64,000 bases of DNA from the human T2T-CHM13v2.0 reference genome, Homo sapiens. The position numbers and the translations under genes are program-made. The first letter of the stretch is position 1; each line of letters starts with the position of its first letter. The stretch lies in the NCBI RefSeq assembly GCF_009914755.1, contig NC_060934.1; one strand, given 5' to 3'. This document shows, in pieces, positions 29,034 to 45,375 of this stretch. The notes beneath the pieces were generated by a model that saw only the letters and a program-made list of their open reading frames with translations, had not been told where the DNA came from and did not search any database.

Positions 29034-32000
29034 ATGAGGAGCTTAGCAGAAGGACCTCGGTGCTGATTCTGTTAAGGGGGCCTAAAGATGTGGACAGGGG
29101 GAAAAAATCTAAAAACGAGAAGGAACTGCCAATTAATGACTATTGCTGGGCAATGCAGACAGGAACAGGAAGCAAACAAGGGCCATGTCCCCCCTCCTGC
29201 CTGCCAGGCTCCAGCTCCCTCTAAAGCTCCAGGGAGCAGCTAGCAAAGGAGACGTCTCCTCGAAAAGCAGAGCACAAATGGCTGAACTGCAGCTGAGAAA
29301 TAACAACTTAATCCTGGTGCATTCTGAGCCTCAATTTCCTCACCTATAAAATGGACAAAACACCAGAGCCCATTCACAGAGTTCACCACGTGTGTTAAAA
29401 TAAGTACAGCATTTATAATTGTGCATGTCACAGAAGACATGCTAAATTTATATATATTATTTTCAAAGTGTTTTAGTTTCTACAATTTCACTGCTTAGAA
29501 TTTACCTACAAATTCCATGTTCTTAGTGAAGAGTAAGGCAATGCAAGCGCACACACAGTACTGGCTTGGTACACACCCTCAGGAATCAGATCCTGAAAGG
29601 CACACCCAGCACAAAGTGAGGAACCAGGAAACCTGCACCTCCCAAGAGGCTCTGCCTCCAAGGAGCCTTGACACACAGGACAAACCAACACATGTCATCT
29701 GCCCTGAGTTTCCTCCACTAAATAACAGAGCAAGAATAAAATTATTTCTAAGGGTTTTGTTCCCAACATTTAAAAATGTTAATTACAAAAACTTTTTAGT
29801 TTTTTTAATGATCTAATTTGCCACACTTGCAAAAAAGTAGAGAGGATAATTTATTGAACTCCTATGTATCACTCACTCAGCTGTAGTAATTATTAATCTT
29901 CGCCAAAACTGTTTCATTGCTTCACTTTTTTTATTTTTGGCTGGGGTATTTTAAAGGAAGTGCCACTCACATTGTAGCACCCAGAGGCCATTTCTTAATG
30001 GTTCATAGGATAATGCTAGATGATACATAATAACATGTAAATGAAGACATAATAGCATACATGAATAAAGGTGTATGAATTCTTTTCCTTAAGGTACACA
30101 TCTAGATCACTTTTTATTTTCCCCCCACTGTGAATCAATTTACATTTTTAATGTAAAAGGATGGTGAAAATGACTCCACTGAAAAAGCCACCAAGCTCCA
30201 CTCAGGATAATACTATTAATTTCTAATTCATACCACCTGACTCAGTAAAGCCTTACTTCTCTTCTTCCTGTAGTGCAAGTTAGGTACCTAGTTAGAACCT
30301 GTTTTACTAAGCCAGGCCATCTAGGTTATAAAACACAAACCCAAGGGCCTTCAATGGTAGGTACTTTTTGCTTCCGCGCATGCATTTTCTTCCCTAGAAA
30401 TAATCCATTCAAAGGTTATTTACATTAGCCACAAACTAGAATTAGCATCTTCATTTTCATAAAATGAATTTACCAAAAAGTACTCAGAAATCTCTCAGAA
30501 TTTATTTAACTTTGTGGAAGGCAGAAAACATATTAATTTAAAATGCATATGTTTTCCCCAAATCTTCCCCTCTATTGTTGAAATAACCCATAACATCAAT
30601 AACTCTAAGAAAACACAATGTAAACTGTAACCTAAAATACTAGCCAAACATAGCTACATATTACATGCAATTTTTCCCCTGCCTCTCCCTCCATTGTGTG
30701 TATTTCTCTCCCAACTCCAATTATTGGGAGAAGATAATTTTATAATTTGAAACTACAATTTCTAAACATTTCCTTGATTTTAATTAAAGCTTATCTCAGG
30801 ACAGAAGTTTAGGTAACAACAAATAATATCTAGATAAATACTTACATTATCTATGCTTATTTTTCTCTAAAAAGGGGCAATTTAAAAGTTAGAATAAAAT
30901 TTTAGTACATAAAGAACATCTTTAACACAGGGGTATTTTCAAAGGAGCTTACACAGATGTATGTCACTGTGCACGGGGCTGCACTACACACCTGGGTTTA
31001 AGGGAGCCTCGGAGGGCATGGCCATGTACACAGCAGCCCTCATCACACGGATGCTGAAATGCACAGCAAAACCGGGCAAATAGCCATGCATTTCAGAATA
31101 AAGTGTATCTGTCATCCGCTCACTGACCTGAATGCACACCAACGCATGTGTGAATGGACAATTCTCAGGGTTAGAAAGTGTAAGTTCAGCAACCACTAGG
31201 CATCCTTTTGGCTGAAGTTGCCAACACCAGATTCCATCAGTACCAAATAGGATAGCAATTCCTGCACAGCAAGAATGCAAGGAACTAAGGCACAAAACAG
31301 AAGCTATGCTTGGCTGTTTCCAGACTGGAAAATTATTTTAAAACATCACACAGAAATATTGTGTTTCATTATAATTTTTTAAATTTTTTTTGGTTGTGTG
31401 CCAATTTATCCCTAATACTCAATACTACCACTGAGAAGCTGAATCTACTGACATAATGAAATAGTAATGTAAATAAATGTTACTTTTTTAAAAATAGAAT
31501 TGACAACATTCTTTTCTTTTGCACATTAAATTCACTTTTTACATGGGGCAGAAACACTCAGATTATGACTAATGGGACTGGTGGAGATAGTTTGAGGATT
31601 CTGTGTAACAGAGCGGTTTTCAGCTTTTGACATAACATAGCCCTTCAGAGCATCATGGGAATCTCAGTTTTTTAAAAAAGTCATTTTTAATTGAAGCTAT
31701 AATCACTCTACTTGAGAAACAAGGAACAAAACGATGCATTTCTTGTACCCAATGTGCTGACAAAGCTAACTCATCTATAATTAATAAAGGAACAGTTTAT
31801 TATGAAACAATACAGAGTTTCAAAAATGCTAAAAGAAATGTACAAATAAAGTACCTCGGGACATTTATACAGTGCAAATGTCAAACTTTTGTATTGATCA
31901 TGCCTGATTAGGGTCCTTTTCCCCAAATTTGATGAAAGAACATGAATTGGCTAACCACCACTCTGATGGCCTGATGGGTTAATCAATACAAAGCAACCTG

Positions 32001-33073
32001 GGAGGGGAAAAACGGGCAAATCTATTTTCTACGGAGGTTAGAAAAAGCAAGTTAGAGCTATTAGTAGAGCCGGATGTTTTATTGCATAGAATAAAGGGGG
32101 AAGAAGCAAGAATGAACATGACCTATTTATTCATCTGCAGCAAAAATTGGGCCTGGCTATGGTCCATCCATCATCTGGCCTTCATCCAGATTCAATGGTC
32201 TATAATTAAAGAATCACAAAGATCAGAATTGTTATCAAATGTTGGGCAAAACAGCTGTCAAAGGAGGGACCGCCCAGACAGTAAATGAGATAAGAGGCTC
32301 TGACTTTGAGACAAGCCCTTCAGTGTGGAAGGTGGGGCATTTTATCCAATCAATGTTAGATAAAGGTTCCCAATCATGGAGTAGTGCAGCAGTCCAAGAA
32401 AGAGGCAGATTTCTACCTTGAAAGCCCCACTGGAAAGAAGGTCCTGCAGCCAGATCCTGCATGTAAGCACCCTGGGGAGATGGTTAAATTCTGCTCCTTT
32501 GACCTGCAGGCCTAACCGTGAAGGCTACTACTGGGCAGGGAGCTACTTAAGACAACTGCTCGGCTGACATCTCGGAGTGCCTAAAATGAACTTCTGGCCC
32601 TTTCATCAGTATTCCTCATTCTCAAAATGTTCCCTTTCCCCAACATCACCCATCATCAGAAAAATGCAAATCAAAACTACAATGAGATATCATCTCACCA
32701 CAGTTAAAATGGCTTTTACCCAAAAGACAGGTAATAACAAAGGCTGGCAAGGATGTGGAGAAAAAGAAAACCTCATACACTGTTGGTAGGAATGTAAATT
32801 AGTACAACCACAATAGAAAACCATTTGGAGGTTCCTTAAAAACTAAAAATAGAGCTATCACATGATCCAGCAATCACACTGCTGGGTATATAACCTAAAG
32901 AAAGGAAATCAGTACATCAAAGAGGTATCTGCACTCCTATGTTCATTGCAGCACTATTCACAATAGCCAAGATTTGGAAGCAAACTAAGTTTCCATCAAC
33001 AGATGAATGAATAAAGAAAATCTGGTACATACACACAATGGAGTACTATTCAGCCATAAAAAAGAATGAGATC

Positions 33074-33369
<296 letters not shown>

Positions 33370-33663
33370 GAATCAAACTGAAGATCATCATCTTAAGTGA
33401 AACAAGCCAGGCACAGAAAGACAAACATTGCATGTTCTCACTCATTTGTGGGAGCTAAAAATTAAAACAACTGAAATCATGGAAATAGAGAGTAGATGAT
33501 GGTTACCAGAGGCTGGGAAGGGTGTGGGGCTGGGAGCAGGGGAGTGGAGTTAATGAGTACAAAAATACAGTTAGAAAGAATGAATAAGAACTAATATTTC
33601 CTAGCAGAGCAGGGTGACTATAGGCAACAATAATTTCATTGTACATTTAAAATAACTAAAAGA

Positions 33664-34025
<362 letters not shown>

Positions 34026-34287
34026 TTATGCCCCATAAATATACACACCTAATACGTATCCACAAAAATAAAAAATTTTTAAAAAAAGTTCCTTCTCTAC
34101 TTCCAAGCATCTGATTTTAGACGAAGATGGAGCTGACAGGCCCACTGAACACAGTGGGGTGGCACCCTGTTTATGCTTCAGAGGTTCCAGAAGTGTCAAA
34201 CATTTTAAAGAAGCTGTGTCATTCTTCTATTCATCCACAAAACTTTTCATTTCCCCCTCAGTTTTTGTTATTCCCAAAGAATTCTTT

Positions 34288-34622
34288 AAAAGAAAAAAAA
34301 AAACAGAACATGTATTCCATGACCAATCACTGAAATTCTGAAGATGAGGTGCAGTAGCTGGCCCTTGGGTCTGGGTGCTGTCCTTCACGGAGCCCAGGCC
34401 TGAATCTGTAGTGTACAATGTTTAGGCGCCTCATTCAACCAGCCCTGGTGTTGCTTCGTCTTTTCGCCTTGGCACTCCAGTTCTGCCTTCTCTTGGCTTA
34501 GCAGGTTGGGGCCTCAGGGCCGCAGCAGCACAGGGAGTGTGTCCAGCTGCGATGTTTCCCTAAGGATGACACTCCCTTCCTCATCTCGCTTCTGCCGCCG
34601 AGACCAAAGAGACCAGAGGTGG
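34288..34622 (-). pseudogene. RPL37P18: RPL37 processed pseudogene
   Basis: Minus strand matches RPL37 mRNA: 5'UTR ggtctcggcggcagaagcgagATG (ATG 34584), aactggagtgccaaggcgaaaagacga (NWSAKAKRR), 3'UTR remnant. Intronless, internal stops, ~35-nt deletion removing the second CxxC. Degenerate TSD aaagaactc/aaagaattc. Locus number recalled, not verified. Confidence 0.92.
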
Positions 34623-34668
34623 GAGTTCTTTTTAATATATTTGGTTATGTCACTGTCTGAATCAATAG

Positions 34669-35268
<600 letters not shown>

Positions 35269-35715
35269 CAGAAACCTTTTTCTTAGTCAAATTAGCAATT
35301 GCTACAGTCTGTCACTTCAGACAAGGCTGTGAAGAGGTGTGTGCCGGACAGGTCTTAGCATGTAGAATGTTGAATCCCCTTCTCTGATTCACTTCTCTTC
35401 TATGATGGCTTACAGAGAATTTGTAGACAGTACAGAACTGCTTCCTGGTGTGCATGTGTGTGGTGTGTGTGAAGAGAGAGGGAGAGACAGAGACAGGGAG
35501 GGAAAGAGAGGGGGAGAGGGAGGGGGATCCTACTGAATAGAGGCAATATAAGTAAAACCACAATTACAAAGTTTTTTTTAAAATAAAAAAAATCTGCCTA
35601 ACTTTTCATGCCTAATACAATCAAAGTTATTAATAATTAAGATTTCCAGAACGTGTTTATTAAAATAGTAATTCAAATAAGCTAGGGGATAATCATACTA
35701 AAAAAGAAATTCTAA

Positions 35716-36030
<315 letters not shown>

Positions 36031-36040
36031 AAGAAATTCT

Positions 36041-36322
36041 GGGCCTGGCACGGTGCTCACACCTGTAATCCCAACACTTTGGGATGGCGAGGCAGGCGGA
36101 TCACGAGGTCAGGGGTTCCAGACCAGCCTGGCCAATATGGTGAAACCCCACCTCTACTAAAAATACAGAAATTAGCCTGGCATGGTGGCACGTGCCTATA
36201 GTTCCAGCTACTCAGGAGGCTGAAGCAGAAGAATCACTTGAACCCAGGAGGCGGAGGTTGCAGTGAGCCAAGACGGCGCCACTGCACTCCAGCCTGGGCT
36301 TTTTGAGACTTCGTCTCAATTA
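36041..36322 (+). mobile_element. Alu (AluSg-like)
   Basis: Alu consensus. Confidence 0.92.
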
Positions 36323-36323
36323 A

Positions 36324-36420
36324 AGAACAGAACAGAACAGAACAGAACAGAACAGAACAGAACAGAACAGAACAGAACAGAACAGAACAGAACAGAACAA
36401 AAAGAAAAGAAAAGAAAAGA
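36324..36420 (+). repeat. (AGAAC)15 followed by (AAAAG)4 in Alu tail
   Basis: 15 perfect units at 36324-36398. Confidence 0.97.
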
Positions 36421-36429
36421 TTAGATTCT

Positions 36430-36722
36430 AGGCCAGGCGTTCACACCTATAATTCTAGCACCACGGGAGGCCAAGGCAAGGGGCTTACTTGAAGCCAGGA
36501 GTTTGAGATCAGCTTGACAACCAAGTGAGACCCTGACTCTACCAAAAAAAAAATTAAATTAAATTAGCCAGGCATGGTGGCATATGCCTGTAGTCCCAGC
36601 TACTTGGAAGGCTGAAGGCTGATGCGGGAGGATGGCTGAGCCCAGGAAGCTGCAGTAAGCCAGGATTACACCAGTGCACTCTAGCCTGGATGACAGAGCA
36701 AGATCTTATCAAAAAAAAAAAA
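36430..36722 (+). mobile_element. Alu (AluJ-like)
   Basis: Diverged Alu with A tail. Confidence 0.88.
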
Positions 36723-37259
36723 GCCAATTCTCAAACAAAGAAAAATCCCCATTTAAGTATAGAAGGTATATTACTGAACTCCGGCATGTACATATTCATA
36801 CCATGCTGACTAATTACATGGCTGATCAAGCAGCCAGAAACTGATCCTGATTCCAATTACTATTGAGTTTCTTCATGATACAGAATAAAAATGTCTGAGA
36901 ATCTCAAGTTCTCCATGCTCCTTGACAAAGCTTAGAAGTTAATTCAGTATTACCACTAGACTCTAGGTGGCACTCGAGGAATTGCTCAAGAAAACCCCGA
37001 GCACATTGCCAGATACTTAGGTCCACCCTTACTAACGTCCAGGAGTCCACAAAAGGATTCCTCATGTGTTGTACTTCTGCTTCTGGACTCCTTCGCCTCA
37101 CCCTCAGCCCTCCAGGCAGGAAGAGAGGGACAGGGCAGGCACACCTAACATGGGATTGACAGTTCCAAAACCTGAAGCCTTCAGTTTTCAATCTGACCTT
37201 GTTTGGAGGACCTAATTTGGAAACCAGACCTTGATTTGCATACAGAACCTTCCACCTCA

Positions 37260-37750
<491 letters not shown>

Positions 37751-39196
37751 TCATCTGCAGCAAATCTAGATAGCTAGTAGGAGTGATCTTTCTGCTAAAG
37801 AAATGCCAATAGGTCAAAAATAAAAGTTTCATTTCTAAAGAAAGAACAGACCAAACCCCAAGTGTCATTCCACAAGGTTTCACAAAGCACATCTGTCAAT
37901 GTCTAAAGCATCCCAGAGGCAGTGGTGGGGAGATCAATGGTGCCTTTCTCTGCAGTGGCATTTACCACGGTGTTACTGATAGTGCAGGAATTTAAGGCTA
38001 CAAAATTGTCACCTATTCATCACTGAACCATAAAAACACAATGGGGAAAAAAGATATTTGATAGCCTTTGGCACTGAAAAATGCCTAATGATTTAAGATG
38101 ATTTTGTTTCTAGCCATATTGGAAAAGTATTTGCTAGATGATTCTAAGCATTAAGGCATTCACATAGGGGTGATATCGGACAAACTCATCTTTCTAGTCC
38201 AGGCCAGTAAGACCAGCCCCAAAATTGACAGCCAGCTTGAATAGGCATGGCAAATTAAGCAGAATATAAATATCAGCCACTGAGGCTAATGTTTATTTTT
38301 AAATTCCACAAGAAACAAATAATATTGTGATGACATTATTAAGGATAACACATCATGCTAAGCTCCATTCTCCTCCGTGCAGCCTGAAGGAGAAACCATC
38401 TGCTGCTTTAATGTTCCAAAGTTACATAAAGGGGAATGAGAAGAAGGGATGTTCTTAAACTAGGGGAAGAGGAGGTGCAGTACACTAATGGTGCATGTCT
38501 CCTGCTCAGCCTTTAACTTCCTGCATGGAGTGAGGATGGATACGGATTGTCCTCAAGCGGCCTGAAATGGTCAAGGTGGAAAAATAAGCAAGACAGTAAC
38601 TACCACGGGTTCGTAAATGCAAGAAAAAAACAGCTAAGCAACAAATAATTCCTCATCTGCAACAACTACAAATGAAAACCATCAAGACTCCAGGACTATG
38701 TGCCGAGACAAGCCTCTTTTCTGGCAAATGTCTTGACCTTATCAAAAAAGCTCAGTAAATTTCTTGGCCTTATCAAAAAAGTTCTGTGGTTACTAGCATA
38801 AAAATACCTTCCTCTGGAGAACCCTTCTCTTTTCATTATAGTATTGTCTATCATGAGATTTTGTGGGTGCTCTCTACCTGATATAACCTGCTCAGTGCAA
38901 CTGAATCATAGTCACTGCATCATATCAAAGTTTTGAACTAGGAGTCAGTCATCTATCACAGTTCACATCCATGTGAGTAGCTTCAAGAGAGTTCAAAATC
39001 CAGGAAGAGCAGAGAGAGGAAGATGAAAAACAGACGTCTCTCCTCCTCCAAACCTGGCTCTATAGCATTATTCTGACTCCCACAATATATATATTCAAAC
39101 ACAGGAAGAAGAAAACACTCCAAAGCCTTTTATCTTCAAAGATATATCTTATGGTACATATTTAATTTTCATTGATAAGCAAAAGAAGAAAAACTT

Positions 39197-39325
39197 GGCC
39201 AGGCACAGTGGCTCATGCCTATAATCACAGTACTTTTGGATGCTGCAGTGGGAAGATCGCTTGAGCCCAGGAGTTCAAGACCAGGCTGGGCAACATAGCA
39301 AAACCCCGTCTCTACTAAAAATTTT
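39197..39325 (+). mobile_element. Alu left monomer (FLAM_C-like)
   Basis: Single monomer. Confidence 0.85.
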
Positions 39326-39404
39326 TAAAAGTTTGATTTTTTTTTTTAAGAGAAACTTATTTGCATAATAGGACCTTCTCAAAGCAAAGATAGATTGGGT
39401 ATTA

Positions 39405-39510
39405 ATTCATTTCCATTCCATTCATTCATTCATTCAACAAATGTTTACTGAATGCTTATGAGCATTGTTCTAGGACATGGGGATACAGCAGTGAACAGAA
39501 CAGATTAAAA
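39405..39510 (-). mobile_element. L2 3' end
   Basis: (TCAT)n-caacaaatgtttactgaatgc signature. Confidence 0.75.
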
Positions 39511-39513
39511 CAG

Positions 39514-40120
39514 GTGGGAATGTAAATTAGTACAAACTCTATGAAAAACAGCATGGAGATTTCCCAAAGAACTAAAATTACAACTACCATTTGATCCAGC
39601 AATCCCACTACTAGGTATCTACCCAAAGGAAAAGAAGTCATTATATCAAAAAGATACCTGCACTCATATATGTATCTCAGCACTAGTCACAATAGCAAAG
39701 ATAGGGAATCAACCTAAGTGTCCAACAACAGATGACTAGATAAAAGAAAATGTGGTATACAGACACAATAGAATACTATTCAGCCATAAAAAAGAATGAA
39801 ATCATGTCTTGCAGCAATATTGATGGAACTGGAGGCCATTATCCAAAGTGAAACAACTCAGAAAGTCAAATACCACACGTTCTCACTTATAAATGGGAGC
39901 TAAATAATGTATACACACGGACACAGAGTGTGGAATGATAGACGGTGGAGACTCAGGAGGATGGGAGGGGGTGAAGGATGGGAAAGTACTTAATGGGTAC
40001 AGCAACATATTGAATGATGGTTAAAAGCCAAGAATTCACCACCACACAATATATCCATGTAACGAAACTGCACTTGTATTCCTTACGTTTACACAATTTT
40101 AAAAACATTAAAAAAAAACA
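39514..40120 (+). mobile_element. L1M/L1PB 3' fragment
   Basis: ggtgggaatgtaaattagtac...cagccataaaaaagaatgaaatcatgtc...aaactgcacttgta. Confidence 0.88.
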
Positions 40121-42436
40121 GAAAAAATTACCTTACCTACTAACAAAATTATGCACCGTAAGAGAGAAGCAGGTGATAATTTGCTTGCAACAAATGAAAA
40201 GGAACTGGACCCTTCTCACAAAATACTGATTTTCACATAATTTAATGACTTGATGTTCTGAGTATCTGCATTAAAATGTGATTTAAAAAAAAATTTAAGG
40301 TATCTGACACCTCACATGGTCCTCTAACATAGGTACAAAAACATATTCCAAAAGGATGTATTTAAAATTTGGCTTTCAATCCTATGATAAAAGTAAAATT
40401 CTACTAGGAAGAATAAAAATATAGTACTCTTTGACAAAGCTACACCTATGTGTCTAAAAGATTTATAGTGAAAAGGTCATTCAAAGTTAGATAACCAGAA
40501 AATGGCTAACACGAACAAAGTCACAGGTTATGTTAGCAGGGCTGAGAGATTCTTTATTAGTAACCAGGTTAAAGACTTGTATATTGACTTTTTAATTTTG
40601 ACCCCAAAGCAGGTGGCTTATCCGTGCTCTTATCACGTATAAAGACCATCTCTCTGGCCTGGGAATCTGAGCAGCATTTGGCGGCTAGCCTCCCAACTCC
40701 ATGCACACGCACCTCTGTGCAGCTGCAGGTGCTTCCTCAGAACTTGAGAAGCCTCAAAACACAAGGGACGCCTTCACGAAAGCTGACACCAATACCAGCC
40801 AGCGCGTGCACACCGGCTCGCCAGGCCGCCGCTGGCTCTCAGGCAGGTGATCTGCACCACTATGCTTCTGATTTCTTACTGGGGTGAGCACAGGGCATAT
40901 GCTCAAATGCCACTGGCTTCTTTCTCAAATCTGTCACTAAACAGTTCTATTATCTTCATATCGCCTGGTGCTCTAGACTTCAGTTTCTTCACCTGGCAAT
41001 GTTTAGGCTGGATTCACTTTGGGACCTTTGCGGGAGGAAGTGAGGGTACCTGACTAGCCCCAACCCCATCCCACTACCACTGGAGATTCTGATTCAGCGA
41101 GTCCTGAGTGGTTTCTGGGCATCTATGGGGTGGGATGTATGAGTGTGTGCATGTTTTAGAGTATCTATAAGCACCTAGTGAAACCATGGTTAAGAAATCC
41201 TACACTAAATGACAAAGTCAAATCAAGCTGTAAGAATTCAGGGTCCAATCCAATTCCATCCGTGAACAGTTGCAATCCCTTCCCTTGATCAAAGAACTTT
41301 GTTGTTGGTTTTGTTTATGCTTTCAATCTTGTTTTTAAGACACAAACAGGGAAGGAACTTGGATCATCATCAACCTGAAGTTGTGTGTACCTGAACCTCC
41401 CAGAAAAGACAAGAATACATTTCTACCTCCTCATTTTACAACTGATTACTTCAGCAACACATCGGCGGCCATCAAGTTTTACTAAATTGAGACCAGACCA
41501 ACTCCAGAGTCATCGGACAGAGGCAGATGAGGTAGCATCTGGCTAGAGAGATGGCGGGCACCTGTCAATGGCTGCTCTTGCAAAAGTTACTGAGACTCGC
41601 AGTAAGAATTACAGCCTTCAAATCAAAAGAAATAAGCGTTTAGGCTGCAACACACAGCATAAGACAGTTGCTGTGGGACTTTGCCTGTGAATATAATTTC
41701 TGTTGCAATGTCATGGTTCCAATGGAAGTGGAGAAGCATTATAAAGAAATAGTTAACTGCTTTCTGCTTTTAAGAAACAGGTTTGAGTCAGGTAACCCAA
41801 ATATATCGATAGATATTCTAACGATATAAAATGTTGATTTTGGTAGGGAAAAATAAAGTGATGCACGCAAGTCAAACTTTCCCATTAAATAGGATGCATT
41901 TAAAACCTCCTTCCTCAAGTAACACATTCATCTAGGCCACAACGTTGAAATCTTAATTTTAAAAAAACTTTAAAATTCTTTGGCATTTCATATTAAAACA
42001 TAGTGGTAAAAAAACTAAGAAATCTTATATGCATCACAGCAATGAATACAATCTTTCAAACTGCAGAAGAAAATTAAAATCAAGAAAAATACCAAGGAGT
42101 TGCTATCACCATACAAGGCTACAAGATAAATTTAAACATCAAGAAAAGCAGAAACTGAAAGGGGTAAAATGCTTGCCAAAATAAGATTATATGTATTTCC
42201 ACATCAGGGAGAATTCTTTTCACAGTTAATGTAAGTTGTTCTATCTATCGCAAAGATCAGCATTAACTGTACAATCTGTACTTCTGCAAGAATTCAGAAG
42301 TAGCACTCCTAAGGTAAAAAAGAAGTAGGTCATGAATTACAAAAACATGCTTTACAGTTTTAAAGATATAACTCTAGATTTACATATCACAAAAAACTGG
42401 GTTTAGTTACATATGATTTTTATTCAAAAGGATAAC

Positions 42437-42685
42437 CTTGGAGGCCAAGGTGTGAGGATTGCTGGAGGACAGGCATTCAAGATCAGCCTGGGCAACATAG
42501 GGAGACCCCATCTGTACAAAAAGTGAAAAATTAGCCAGGTATGATGGTGCATGCCTGTCAGCTACTGGGAGACTGAGGCAGAAGGATCACCCGAGCCCAG
42601 GAGTTCGAGGCTGCAGTGAGCCATGATGACGCTACTACACTCCAGCCTGGGTGACAGAGGAGGATTCTGTTTTTTCAAAAAAGAA
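42437..42685 (+). mobile_element. Alu (AluJ-like), 5' truncated
   Basis: Alu consensus. Confidence 0.88.
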
Positions 42686-43040
42686 TAACCTCTCTCCCTT
42701 TCACGACTGCCATTAGTATTTATGCATAATTTTCATCTTTCTCACCCACAATTAAGATCGAGTACAACCCTGAAAACTTTTAAAGCACAAATTAACATAA
42801 ATTACAGTGCAGCTGGTTCACAACCCAAAAAGGTAAACAAAAAATTTACCACCAGCTGAGCACCCACTCATTCTAACCAAGCAGCTACAGGTTCCCAGGC
42901 AGCATGCTCCATTCATTCTGATCTTACAGAAACAGCTCCTCGCTGTGATCATGTAATCATGTAACTAACAGTTCTCAATATGTACCGTGTTTCCTAACTT
43001 TAACTGCATTATATCCACTTTGTATTAATAAACACATGAA

Positions 43041-43195
43041 CGGCCCAGTGCATTGGCTCATGCCTGTAATCCCAGCACTTTGAGAGGCCAAGGCAGGAGG
43101 ACTGCTCGAGGTCAGGAGTTCGAGGTTCCAGTGAGCTATGATCACACTACTGAGCTCTGGCCTGGGCAACAGAGCGAGGCCCTATTTCTAAAAAC
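43041..43195 (+). mobile_element. Collapsed Alu monomer (left-arm start, right-arm end)
   Basis: cagcactttgagagg...gagttcgagg joined to cagtgagctatgatc. Confidence 0.8.
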
Positions 43196-44287
43196 ACATA
43201 ACCAGTATGCTCCTTGTAGAAGAACTGTTGCCTTTCAGGAAATATGTATTAATCCTCTAACTATATGATCTACATTTTTTTCTTCAAAATAAGCAATGGT
43301 TCCATGTTGATCCTCCTGTACTTTGACATCTGTTGCCTGCTTTACTTAGTAGTATGAAGTGGCAAAAATTCTATCTGGAGTAAGGGATGTGGAATACGGG
43401 TAAAACTTAAAGACCTTGTCTTGCTTGATTCTTTCTTGATTGAACTGTATTCAGCAGTCTTTTTTGTTGTTAATACCTCTAGGATGATAAATTCCATCCT
43501 CTCTCTGACCTATATGTACTTCATTTCTCTTGAACATCTAGGGCTTCAGTGATCTAAACGATTCTATTCTTAAATCCAACCTTATCTCAGCATAGTTTAA
43601 ACTTGGCTTCCATTTCTGGAAAAAAAAAATCTTCATGGAGATCCGGGAAGCACCGGAAGAATTAATGCTCAACACACTGCATGATATTTCCTTAAAAATA
43701 ACTAAGGAGAACCTGCTTCAATCCAAATCAGGAATCTCTCTATCTAGGGAGAGCATGATTTTGGGAGAAAGCTTATTTGCCACAGATTAAACTAAAGATA
43801 GCAAAAACTTAAGGTGTTTTTTGTTTTTCATTTTAAACTAATATCTTGAGTACTGTGATATGCACATTTTTACCTAGTTACATAAAGCTAAACTTAATTA
43901 TTTCAAAAATTATAAGCTATCCTCGAAAATATGAATTGTATTTAAGTTTTGGAACCTCTCATTACTTGTGGTTGGTAAAGGAAGCCAGAACACACAATTT
44001 GCACAACACAAGAGTAACAAGAAATCAAGTTCCAGAATATTTTCATATTTACACAGGAAAGCAATGTCACAAACTTATCAAGAACACATTACTCCTTTAG
44101 GGCTGGGGTGACATTAGTAGCCAACACCACCTTTTCTGCTACGATTAGGAAACTAGTAATGAAGACAATCAACACAATACAAGTATCCACACATATATAT
44201 TCTGTTTTCTATTTAGGAATCAAAGTTATTCTCTCTACTACAAACAAGAGACAGAGAAGAAAAGATATCGAGACAGACAGACAGACA

Positions 44288-44513
44288 GGAAATTGAGACC
44301 AGTCTGGGCAACATGGTGAAACCCCATCTCTACTAAAAATACAAAAATTAGCCAGGCATAGTGAAGCATGCCTGTGATCCCAGCTATGTGGGAGGCTGAA
44401 GACTCACTTGAACCCGGGAGGGAGAGGCTGCAGTGAGCCAAGATCGTGCCACTGCACTCCAGCATGGAAGACAGAGCGAGAGTCTGCATCAAAAAAAAAA
44501 AAACAAACAAACA
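44288..44513 (+). mobile_element. Partial Alu
   Basis: Starts mid left arm; A/AAAC tail. Confidence 0.88.
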
Positions 44514-44774
44514 GGAGGAGAGTTCTAATTCCCAACTTGTTACATATTCTTAGCAAGTAGTTTTCTAACACAGCACTTAGCCAGAACATAGGTATGTTTT
44601 AATATTTTTTGATGAACAGTTCTGTACTCAAAATTATCCTGGTTATATCTGTATTTCTTCGTTAACAAGAAGTAGCACTGTCTATTGTACAAAGAACGAC
44701 TGTATAAAAAGCACCTCTCCACAAGACATCCCCACCAGCTCGACAGTTTAACACTGCCACAGCAACACCTGAAA

Positions 44775-45375
<601 letters not shown>

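Noticed and set aside
36324-36398. Regular repeat array considered as CRISPR-like
   Set aside because: Simple pentanucleotide microsatellite without spacers, in eukaryotic DNA
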